Source: Macrostomum lignano | Taxonomy: Eukaryota | Assembly: GCA_002269645.1 (NCBI GenBank) | Contig: NIVC01002553.1 | Location: 98,112 to 162,111 of the forward strand | DNA length: 64,000 nucleotides | Direction of reading: 5' to 3' | Shown: positions 34,386 to 46,300 of the stretch, piece by piece | Numbering within the stretch: the first letter of the stretch is position 1 | How the letters are laid out: each line of letters starts with the position of its first letter | Notes under the pieces: model-generated | The model's input: only the letters and a program-made list of their open reading frames with translations | What the model was told of the DNA's origin: nothing | Database searches by the model: none | Program-made: the position numbers and the translations under genes

Positions 34386-37300
34386 CAGTCAGTTAGTCAG
34401 TCAGTCGGTTAGATAGTTAGGAGCGTAGTTAGTCACCGCCACCGCCACCGTCACCGCAGCTCCGCGCCTTGAAGTCCGCCCACTGGCCGATATGCATGCT
34501 CTCGTCGACGGCTCCTTCGTCATCGACTGCCACGTTCTTGGCGGCTTGAACTCGCTGTCGGTTGACTCGGAGCTCGCTGGCCAAGACCGGCCGCCGACCT
34601 ACCGGCTGAGCTGGCAGCTGCTGGCCGATGGCAGCCGGCAGCCGCTCCGACTGCCCAAGGACCACCGGACCCAGGTGGACAGCAGGGCGCGGCCCAACCG
34701 ACTGCTGGTGAGGAAAACGCACCAGGAAACCTTGCAGCGTATATTTATGAGCAAAATTCCTTAAAGGGCTCCATTCCTACATGTACTTTCCTAATCTATT
34801 CCCTAATCCGCTCAGGTGACTCGAGCGGAACCAGTCGACTCAGGTGTGTACAGCTGCACGCCCACTCTGGATCCCATACTGATGCAGCAGCCGCACCAGG
34901 ATTCACCGGTGCTGCAGCCCGGCTCGTCAGCCTCCGCCAGGGTGAAAGTTGTGCCCGGCATCCGGGCCAAGGAGCTCAACAGGCAGGGCGATCTGGACAC
35001 GGAGATGTCAATTAGCGACACCTGCCGGCCTGTTAATCAGCAGACGGACGTTTGGTACGCCTGGTGGGAGTTCGTCAACTCCAGCAGCGATGGCCGACCG
35101 CCACGAAAGCAAATTCTACTCGATCCGCGAGTTGTCAAGGTGATCATTTGCTTTACATCAGACAATGCCCAGCCGGAGGTGGGATGGGGCAGGCCGGAGG
35201 TGGGGTGGGGCAGGCCGGAGGTGGGGTAGGGCAGGCCGGAGGTGGGGTAGGGCAGGCCGGAGGTGAGATGGTTAGGTGAATGTGTGTCGGATGTGGGGTT
35301 TATAGCTTCATCACCAAGTGAGACTACATGTACTGATGAAGTGGCACAAATGAATGCGGAGAGTGGAACGCCTTTGAGGCCATATTGTGTGATGCTTAGT
35401 CTCAGAGGCTGGAATTGCGTAGTGCAGGGTCAAAACTGTTGCTTGGGTAGGCGTTGTACGAACTAACTCATTACGAGCTCAATAAGCACCCTCGGATATG
35501 TCCCGGATGTAACATCTCTTAAGCATGCAGCAGCAAAAATTAAAATCTTACTGAAAGTAGAAAACGTGTCAGATTAAGTTCAAGCACAAAAAACATAGGC
35601 GCACATTAAAATGATGAGTTATCGCTCTCATACTCTCGCAGTACCTGGCCATCGACGGCGGTTCGCAGCACGCTGATACCACCTGCCAGAGCAGCGGTCT
35701 CGCGGACCGATTCTTCAAAATCGGCGTCCCAGAGGAAGTCAGACGAAAATGGGCCCGGCACGAGGCCAACTTGGACATTCGGCTGCCCTATAATCTCCAC
35801 TATCAGGGCGTTTTCACCTGCCGAATAGTGAACTGCTACGACCAAGTGGCACTCAGCAGGCGGGTGAAGTACAAAGGCAAGTTGGTACGGGCGAACATGA
35901 ACCTTTCGGCTGTCGCATTGATATTGGCGGCAATGCTCGGAGCACCCCCCCCCCCCCGCAACCCCGAGAAACACAAAAAATTAACATTCACCAATTGAAA
36001 TTTTCAGAGGAGTACAGCTTCAAGCCCGGCAGTCCGCCAAACAGTCGCGAAGTTGTGGTCGGCTCTCCGCTGACTGTTCATTGCGCTCTGACCCAGTCGG
36101 AGCCCGGGACACCCGCTGTGATCTGGTACCTGGGAAATGCTGTGCACAGAGGTGAGTTAGCAGCTCGTTTAGGATATCTCGGAATGCTCCATCCGAGGTG
36201 GAGCGAGGTCGGAATCCTCTTGGTTGATGAGTACATTCTCGGGATGCTCCACCACCTGTTTGATGAGTACATTCTCGGGATGCTCCACCACCTGTTTGAT
36301 GAGTACATTCTCGGGATGCTCCACCACCTGTTTGATGAGTACATTCTCGAGATGCTCCACCACCTGGTTGATGAGTACATTCTCGAGATGCTCCATCATG
36401 TGTTTGATGAGTACATTCTCGAGATGCTCCATCACCTGGTTGATGAGTACATTCTCGGGATGCTCCATCATTTGTTTGATGAGTACATTCTCGAGATGCT
36501 CCATCACCTGGTTGATGAGTACATTCTCGAGATGCTCCACCACCTGGTTGATGAGTACATTCTCGGGATGCTCCATCACCTGGTTCATGAGTAGACAGTC
36601 GGAGTGCTTTATCACCTGATTAATGAGTACATCCTCCATCAGCTTGTTGGTGAGTAGACCACTGAGGATGCTCCAGCACCAGGTAAATAAGTCTATTTTC
36701 AACCTTGCACCAATTCTAGACAGGCGAGTGCCCATCTATTCCAAGGCCCCAGCGAGCGGCTCAAGCAGCAGCCGGATCTACCAGTTTCCCAACGGCACTC
36801 TGCACATTGTTCGCATCGAGCGGGAGGACAGCAGCTTCCTGTGCGCTACCGACGTGTCCAACCGGCGCCATCTGCGCTCGGCGACCTTCAACCCCAACAT
36901 CCTGGTGCCAGCGGTCGTGAAACCGTTTCCCACTAATCGACTGGTTTTGATTGCCGGAAGCAACGACACGGTCTCCTGCGAAGCTGACGGTGACAAGCCA
37001 ATCAAGATTGAGTGGATCGGATTCTACGAGGGAGGCGGCAATGCCGAGTGCCGACTGGGCCCAGAGGTAGGGAGCCATCTAGTTTGTTCCTGCATCTAGC
37101 GCCGTGACGCTACATTAACTTGGATCATGTGTGCGAAGCATTGGTCGGTGGTCCCATGTGAGGGCCAGCCCCAAGGCACAGAGAGTGTACATGCCTGGCG
37201 ATTAGAAAGTCAGGCCGCTGTACACCCTGTGTGAGTGTGTGTATGAGTGCGTGCCTGTGCTCAGGAGAGGGTTGTAGTCTAGTGGAGGGGTTGTGTTTAG

Positions 37301-40300
37301 AGTGGTTAGCGCGTCGGACTCACGACTGAAAGGTCGGCTCTCGGAACAATTTGTGTCCTTGAGCAGGACACTTAACTCTGCATTGCTTCAGTTCACCCAG
37401 CTGTGAAATGGGTGCCAGCATTAGCTGGGGTAATTGAGGGTCTGTGTGGCGACCCCCCAGTCCTTGGACTGAACAGCCGTACGCAGCCTTCAGATGCGCC
37501 GCGCGATGGTTGCGGCTGAGCTGTCGGTTGCACACCTGGCCCAATTAGGGCAGGTGTAATTAATCAAGAGTCAGCGGAATGTGCAGAATTTCCCCAGCGC
37601 GAGCTGATGGGACGAGTTCGCCGAAGGCGTTGTGCCAGAGAGCTCAAAACCCTCCTGCAATTACTACAATATTATTGTTATGCCCTGTGGCTGTGCTCTG
37701 CTCAAAGGTCAGCCGGACTGACCTTTTTAATTGCCACCTCGCTTACTCACTCCCTGCCAGCTGACCAAACACAGCCAGACGCTCTCAATACCTTATTCTT
37801 CATCCGCATTTGTAAAAAACTTTCGCAGGTCATCACAACTGAGAACTGCCGACCGGACCGAATTCTACCAGCCTCCGCCTCGGCATCAACATCCGCAATT
37901 GCGTCCGCACCAGCTCCGGTGTCCAGATACGCTTCTATCAGCGTGGCGGATGAAGGCGCTCGCCTCGTTTTGACCAACGTGAATCGAGGTGTCCGAGGTC
38001 GATTCGACTGTCTGGCCAGAAACCGGCACAGCCCGGACGGTCGGCCGAGCTCGCGTTCTATCGAAGTCCACGTGGTCGAGCGTCCCGGCCAGGTTGGCTC
38101 CTTCGGCCACACCGGCCGCGGGCACGACTGGGTGATGCTGCAGTGGGAGCCGCCACCCCAGGCCTCTCCCTCTGCCGGAAACGACGTAGCCTCTTACCGC
38201 CTCGAATACCGCCTGCTGCCGGAACCCGACAAAGGCGTCAACAGTGTCGAAAGCAACTTGACCGGAACAACGCTGAAGACTCAACTGCCAGCTGAGGATA
38301 AGAGCTACCGCGTTGAGGGACTCCGTCCCGGCGGCAGCTACGAGTTCAGCCTGGTCGCCGAGAACAAGGCCGGTTCGGGTCCTCCTGCTACCTGCCACGC
38401 AGAAACCTGGGCTAGGCCTCCGTCCGGCCCAGCTCGTCACCTGACGGTCCGTCCGCTGGGCACGGCAGCTCTGCGCGTTGCCTGGGAGCCGCCCGAGGCG
38501 GCCGTCAGAAACGGTCGCATCATCGATTACAGCTTGGCTGTCCGTCCGCTGCCGGCGCCAGATCGCGAGGCCGAGTGCATCGCGGCCTCCGCAGACGTCG
38601 CCGACTCTACCGTCCGCTGTCCCGGACCAGCTGCCGTCGTTGGTCAAATCGCTGACAATTCTTCCGCCGCCGCTGCCGCAGCCTGCCACGGCGCCGCCGC
38701 TGCCACGGCGCTGCAGGCGGGCACCGTCTACCAGGTCCGACTTGCGCCGCTCAACTCCGCAGGCGCGGGGCCGCCGGTCTGCGCAGTGGCGCGCACCCCT
38801 GAGACGAGTGAGAGTTCGGCGACTGATTTTCAAGCGCGGCGGGGCATGAGAAAGACACACTAAAGAGATAGTGTGCATGTCTTTAACCTAATCCTAATCC
38901 ATAGGCCGGCAAACTCTGTCCGGCGGGCCACTTGCGGTCAGCAAAGCCTCTTTATCCGGCCCTCGGTCCTTGAAAATTCGCAATAGCAATCCGGCCCCCT
39001 TAAGGTCTTCTCAGCTCTCTTCACTCAACTCTCTCCTCTCATCTCATCTCCTCTCCTCTCTCCTCTCCTTTCCTCTCCTCTCCTCTCCTTTCCTCTCCTC
39101 TCCTCTCCTCTCTTCTCCTCTCCTCTCCTCTCTTCTCCTCTCCTCTCCTCTCTCTCCTCTCTCCTCTCCTTTCCTCTCCTCTCCTCTCCTCTCCTCTCCT
39201 CTCTCCTCTCCTCTCTCCTCTCCTTTCCTCTCCTCTCCTCTCCTCTCCTCTCCTCTCCTATCCTCTCCTCTCCTCTCCTCTCCTCTCCTCTCCTCTCCTC
39301 TCCTCTCCTCTCCTCTCCTCTCCTCTCCTCTCCTCTCCTCTCCTCTCCTCTCCTCTCCTCTCCTCTCTCTCTCCTCTCCTCTCCTCTCCTCTCCTCTCCT
39401 CTCCTCTCCTCTCCTCTCCTCTCCTCTCCTCTCCTCTCCTCTCCTCTCCTCTCCTCTCCTTCCTCCATTTCTCTTCTCTATTCCCTCTCCACTCTCCTTT
39501 GGCCCGCAGTCATGCGCTAGGCTCTCTATCTGGCCCTTGAGGTAAAACGTTTGCCGACCCCTGCCCTAATCCTAGCCTCCTAAACTCACTTTTCCCAGCT
39601 CCAAGCTCTCCGCCGGCCAGCGTCAGCTGTGAAAGCTCCCCGGACGGCCGGCTGCTGGTCACCTGGCTGCCTCCTCCCGCCAAGCCGGGTACGAACGACG
39701 GCGAATTCGAGTACCAGGTGCTGTTCATGCCAGCTGAGGACGCCGCCGTGGAAAGTGAGGCTGCCAACATTTTCTCCAAAATATTTTTGTCTTTTTTCCT
39801 CCGTGCTCAAAACTAGAACTCAGTTTACCATCGCCAAACCACTAGACGAGTCCCGCTTGATTGAAATTTCCGTCCTGCGGGGCCTTCATCCCGATCGAGA
39901 GCAACGGCGGCTGCAGATGGAACTTGGCCGCCAAACCGAGGGCCTGCAAGCCTACACCAGCTACAGTTTCGCCGTGACCGCATCCAACGCCAAAGGCCGC
40001 TCGCCGCGCTCTCGCCCGCCGGCCGTCTGTCGCACCGATCCGGCTCGTCCGTCGCCGCCCGAAGATCTCCGCGTGGTCGCGGCCGACAACGGTCGCGTTG
40101 CTGTGGCTGCCTGGCGCGTCTGTCCACCGCAGCGGGCCAACGGTCGGCTGATTGGCTACCGCTTGAAGTACACCTGCTTCAGCGGCTGCAATGGCGCCTC
40201 CAGCTCCTCGATGTACGTTGACCATCCGGCCACTGCTTGGTCGCACTACGAGCACCGACGGATTGAAGGCCTCAGGCCCGGCAGTCAGTACAGCTTCTGT

Positions 40301-43300
40301 GTCAGCGCCATTGTCGAATCCATCGGCGAAGGCGACTGCTCGCCAGATGTCCGTTTCGTCGCTGTTGAGACTCGTGAGTTTTACTGAAGTACAATGGAGA
40401 GTTGCTTGACTTTGAAGGTTCTGGCCGAGTGAGTGACGTGTATAAGCCTAAGAGCTCTGAAGTTGATGGTGGCTGATGCATGTCTGATGTGTCTGCGGCT
40501 GATGGCTGATGCATGTCTGGTGTGTCTGCGGCTTGATAATAGCTGATGCATGTCTGATGTGTCTGCAGCTGATGGCTGATGCATGTCTGGTGTGTCTGCG
40601 GCTTGATAATAGCTGATGCATGTCTGATGTGTCTGCAGCTGATGGCTGATGCATGTCTGGTGTGTCTGCGGCTTGATGATGGCTGATGCATGTCTGATGT
40701 GTCTGTAGCTGATGGCTGATGCATGTCTGGTGTGTCTGCGGCTTGATGATGGCTGATGCATGTCTGATGTGTCTGTAGCTGATGGCTGATGCATGTCTGA
40801 TGTGTCTGTAGCTGATGGCTGATGCATGTCTGATGTGTCTGCGGTTTGATGATGGCTGATGCATGTCTGATGTGTCTGCGGTTTGATGATGGCTGATGCA
40901 TGTCTGGTGTGTCTGCGGCTTGATGATGGCTGATGCATGTCTGATGTGTCTGTAGCTGATGGCTGATGCATGTCTGATGTGTCTGCGGCTTGATAATGGC
41001 TGATGCATGTCTGGTGTGTCTGCAGCTGATGGCTGATGCATGTCTGATGTGTCTGCGGCTTGATAATGGCTGATGCATGTCTGGTGTGTCTGTAGCTGAT
41101 GGCTGATGCATGTCTGATGTGTCTGCGGCTTGATAATGGCTGATGCATGTCTGGTGTGTCTGTAGCTGATGGCTGATGCATGTCTGATGTGTCTGCGGTT
41201 TTATGATGGCTGATGCATGTCTGGTGTGTCTGCGGCTTGATAATGGCTGATGCATGTCTGATGTGTCTGCAGCTGATGGCTGATGCATGTCTGATGTGTC
41301 TCAATCATGAACCTTTGGTTACTCAACTAGTAAGCTACCCTTGTCCTTCACCTTCAGCTCAACTGTCGATTGTGTCCTACTCGCATCACTTCAAAGTGCC
41401 AAACGGGTCCAGCTTGATGCTTGATTGCTACGCTGTAGGTCGGGACAGAGACCGACTGCAATGGACTCACCCTGTGTTAGAGTGAGTTACTGTGCTTCAA
41501 ATCTTAGTGTTTAGTTTCTAAAACTCAAAGAAACGCAAAATATTGTTTTTTTTACGCAGCAAGTCGCCGACTGTGAAACTTCAAAATGGCTCGGCTCTGA
41601 TTCGCAAGGTGCTAATGGGCGGCCTTCACACCTGCGGCATTCCGGGCGGGCCGGAAAAGGTGGAGTACACGGTTGAGCTGCTTGATCTGCACACCAATCG
41701 TGAGTTTTTTTAAACAGATTTTAATTGATATCCCCCTCCGTCAGCAGTGCATCTCCCATGCATCTCCCATCTGTGTCCCATCTATTTTTGTGTCTGCTCT
41801 TCCACTCTTGGTTGTGTCTCATCTGATCTTGGTTGTGTCTCATCTGATCTTGGTTGTGTCTCATCTGATCTTGGTTGTGTCTCATCTGATCTTGGTTGTG
41901 TCTCATCTGATCTTGGTTGTGTCTCATCTGATCTTGGTTGTGTCTCATCTGATCTTGGTTGTGTCTCATCTGATCTTGGTTGTGTCTCATCTGATCTTGG
42001 TTGTGTCTCATCTGATCTTGGTTGTGTCTTGGTTGATCTTGGTTGTGTCTCATCTGATCTTGGTTGTGTCTCATCTGATCTTGGTTGTGTCTCATCTGAT
42101 CTTGGTTGTGTCTCATATGATCTTGGTTGTGTCTCATCTGATCTTGGTTGTGTCTCATCTGTTCTTGGTTGTGTCTCATCTGATCTTGGTTGTGTCTCAT
42201 ATGATCTTGGTTGTGTCTCATCTGATCTTGGTTGTGTCTCATCTGATCTTGGTTGTGTCTCATCTGATCTTGGTTGTGTCTCATCTGATCTTGGTTGTGT
42301 CTCATCTGATCTTGGTTGTGTCTCATCTGATCTTGGTTGTGTCTCATCTGTTCTTGGTTGTGTCTTATCTGATCTTGGTTGTGTCTCATCTGATCTTGGT
42401 TGTGTCTCATCTGATCTTGGTTGTGTCTCATCTGATCTTGGTTGTGTCTCATCTGATCTTGGTTGTGTCTCATCTGTTCTTGGTTGTGTCTTGGTTGATC
42501 TTGGTTGTGTCTCATCTGATCTTGGTTGTGTCTCATCTGATCTTGGTTGTGTCTCATCTGATCTTGGTTGTGTCTCATCTGTTCTTGGTTGTGTCTCATC
42601 TGATCTTGGTTGTGTCTCATCTGATCTTACATGAAGTACATGATGAGGTATTCTGGTAGTGAATCGCCACAGAAAATCCATGCGTCCAATTCTTTAGCCA
42701 CTCCGCCACCGCCCGAGCTTCTGCCGGGTCAGCGCACCGCCAGCTCCCTGGAGGTGCTATGGCGGCCCCGCGGCATCGGCTTGGACAGCCATTGGCTCAT
42801 CAGCGGCGGCGCAGGCGGCAACTTCACGAGCGTCAGCAACCGCTCGCGACTTCGCGAGTTCGAGCTGCACTCGAAAGCCCTCGGCGGCGGCAGCCCGGAG
42901 TCCGTGCGGGTCCTCCCGGCCTCGAATCGCTCCTTCGCCCTGGACCCGCTGCCCTGCGGCACCGAAGTCGAATTCCGACTGCGTGCCGTGAACGTCGGCG
43001 GATTGAAAAGCGAATTCAGCCAGAAGCTTCGACAGCGCGTCCCCGGCTCTGCTCCCGAGCAGGCCGACTGGGCGAGGGCGCCAACAGCGCCACCGCTAGC
43101 GCGGCTCGGCCGGCGCGGCCGCTCTCTGGATTTCAACTTGTCCAGCGTTCTCCCCGGCAACAACTGCCCGCCCGCGCTCTACCGGCTCCGAGTGCACAGC
43201 GACGACTTTGAACCGGCCGATGTCGAGCTGATGCCCCGACAGCTGGTCGGTGGCTGCTGCCACAGTCTGAGGCTGACTGTGCGGCCTGGCCAGCGGACGG

Positions 43301-46300
43301 GCCGGCAGCAGCTCATTCGCTACTCGGTGGTCGCTGAGAATGCCGCCGGCCAGCTTCCTCTTGATGGAGTCGTCGAAGTGGATGCAGTGGTGGCGTCCTC
43401 TGCAGCTGAAGTGATCAACGGAGCCGGCGGTGGCAGCGGTGGCTCTGCTCCGTCTGGGACCAGTGGGGAGCCGCTGCTCAGTGGGCGGACTCCGGTGTCG
43501 CCTGTGCACCTGCCGGACGGCCAACCTGGCGCTTCGGAGCGCCAACCGGTGGCCTGGCCGAACTGGTGGCAGCAGGTGGCGCTGGTGTCGGCCCTGGCGA
43601 TGCTGCTGCTGCTCGGACTGATAACGCTTACGGCCGCGTTGCTCTGCCGCCGGCAGCAGCGGCGACCCAGCAGTGGAAGCCCAACAGGCAGGGCTGGTGG
43701 CACAGTCAGTGGCGGGAGCGGCGGCGCCGCCAGAAACGTCAAGTCGGGCCAGCCGGCTTGTCTGCCAGCTGTTCAACGTGCCGGCGGGCGTCAGCAGCGG
43801 CCTCAGCCGCCTCCAACTCCCTCGATGATGCAGCAGCAGACGCAGCAGCAGCAGCAACAACAGCAAGCGGCTCCAGCTTTGGCACCTGCAAAAGCGCCCA
43901 CGCCAGCGCTAGGCGCAGCGCCAGCGCCCCAGCCCAGCCTGGCGCCGTCCGTGCCGTACGAGTACGAGGACGACCGCGAATCCGTTGACTCCCGTGGCAA
44001 CATCCGCGCCTACGCCACGTTCGACGCTGACAAAGGCGGAAGCAGCACCGCAGGCGGCCGGCGTCGCTCTCAGCAGCAGCCACCGCAGTTGTCAGCAGCT
44101 GCTGCGAGGGTCAGACGGGCGGCCTACGAGAACGGAGCGTCTAGACGGTTGCAGCAGCGCCAGCTGTCCGCCTCGCCAGGCGTCGCCGCCGCGCTGCACC
44201 TCATGCGAGTCAGCCGCGTGTCTTCAGCCACCACCCTGAGCAGCAACCACGACGAGCTCTCTGAGGCCTACCACCGGGCGCAGCAGCTGCGGGCGCTGCC
44301 GCCGACTGAGAGCTACGAAGAGGAGGAGGAGGAGGAGGATTCTGGCGACAGCGGCGCCACCGACCCCGGCATCCGGCGCTTCACCAGCCGGCCTCCGGAT
44401 CCAAATGAGAAACGGCGGGCCGCCTGCGAAATGTTGCGAACACCGACTGGTGAGGAGGGACTGGGGCATCGGGGACTGGGGCATCGGGGACTGGGGCATC
44501 GGGGACTGGGGCATCGGGGACTGGGGCATCGGGGACTGGGGCATCGGGGACTGGGGCATCGGGGACTGGGGCATCGGGGACTGGGGCATCGGGGACTGGG
44601 GCATCGGGGACTGGGGCATCGGGGACTGGGGCATCGGGGACTGGGGCATCGGGGACTGGGGCATCGGGGACTGGGGCATCGGGGACTGGGGCATCGGGGA
44701 CTGGGGCATCGGGGACTGGGGCATCGGGGACTGGGGCATCGGGGACTGGGGCATCGGGGACTGGGGCATCGGGGACTGGGGCATCGGGGACTGGGGCATC
44801 GGGGACTGGGGCATCGGGGACTGGGGCATCGGGGACTGGGGCATCGGGGACTGGGGCATCGGGGACTGGGGCATCGGGACTGGGGCATCGGGGACTGGGG
44901 CATCGGGGACTGGGGCATCGGGGACTGGGGCATCGGGGACTGGGGCATCGGGGACTGGGGCATCGGGGACTGGGGCATCAGGGACTGCAGCATCGGGGAC
45001 TGCAGCATCGGGATGGACTTCACCACGAGCCCTTCCCCTTCCCCGCAGATCCGTCAGTCCAGCCGCCACCCCGACGGCCCGTGCGACACTGCAGGCCGCC
45101 GCGCTCAGTCGCCGGTGCTCCACCGACATGACCTACGAGAGCATCGACGAGCCGCTTCTGCCGCCGCCGCCGCCGCCGCCACCACCTGCGCCGGCAGTGT
45201 CAGTGGCGCCGGCAGCTTCTCATCATCCGGCGCTGCCCAATCACAGCAATCGACGACTGCCGCCAGCGCCGCCCACGGAATCCGGGTACAGCTACGGCAC
45301 CACCGGGCTGTACGAGCCCGCCGACTCCTTGGCCGCGTCCACTGCCTACGGCTACGGCGGCGCTTGGCGGCAGGACCAGCCGGACCTGCTGACTACAATC
45401 GAAAGGTGAATAAGTTACAAATACGGTATTTTTTGCTGCCTACTCTACTGTTTGATAGGTTAAGTAGTATCGAGCGGTTTTTAAAATCCAGTTGCAATTC
45501 AAAACTAGACAAACTCAGAATTAAAATTTTAAACTTTATTTGCAAATGTTTACTCTATTATCTCAGCCATCGTAAACTTCACAGACCTTCGTGACATCGT
45601 GTTGAAATGAAAATTTACCAGGTACCTCAACATCTAGCTCATGCTGTACAACTTTGCAGAATCCCTATCGGGAATTCTACTGCCAAGAAACTTCGGGGCG
45701 AATTGCAAAGACTTTTCTCAAGTCTGTTCGCTCACTTATTATTTAATGACTCACCTTCCGCTAAACAAGCACTTCAGGCTTGGCCTGATGGCCTCTAGCG
45801 TTCAAACAATATTCTCAAGTACTGTTTGCTCAGATTTAATTCGCGCTGGCTCGGGGAAGTAATGACCGATAGAGAGTGCTCAGACAGGATGAATAGATAA
45901 ATAAGCCCCCCCCGGAGCTTGCCGTCTCAACTTCTAGCTGTTGTCCAGCTGCCCAATGCCGGGTGTATTTGCATAGCGAAATTGGCTCTCGGGTTCGTAT
46001 TTAGTGAGGCCGGTCTTGTTGCTTGAATTCACTTCGAGACAGCCAATAAATGAGACTTATTGGGTCTTAGTGCAGTTAATATGGCAGCTGATAATGAGAG
46101 AGAAGTTTTAGAATTTAGTTTTAATCGTTGCCTGCTTGAGAGATGGCTGGGGGTGAGGGAGTGAGGTGGCTGGGGAGTGAGGTGGCTGGGGAGTGAGGTG
46201 GCTGGGGAGTGAGGTGGCTGGGGAGTGAGGTGGCTGGGGAGTGAGGTGGCTGGGGAGTGAGGTGGCTGGGGAGTGAGGTGGCTGGGTGTGAGGTGGCTGG

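Noticed and set aside
28234-36151. Arthropod-type mutually exclusive exon clusters in Dscam
   Set aside because: No duplicated Ig exons are visible; the introns are filled with satellites and MITEs
40302-42681. Multiple about 300-aa periodic ORFs on both strands
   Set aside because: Intronic minisatellites; no homology or splice support
42631-45594. 987-aa ORF containing (GLGHR)n/(DWGIG)n as a single protein
   Set aside because: It reads through a G|GTGAGG donor into a stop-free 15-bp intronic repeat; only 42698-44449 is credible exon
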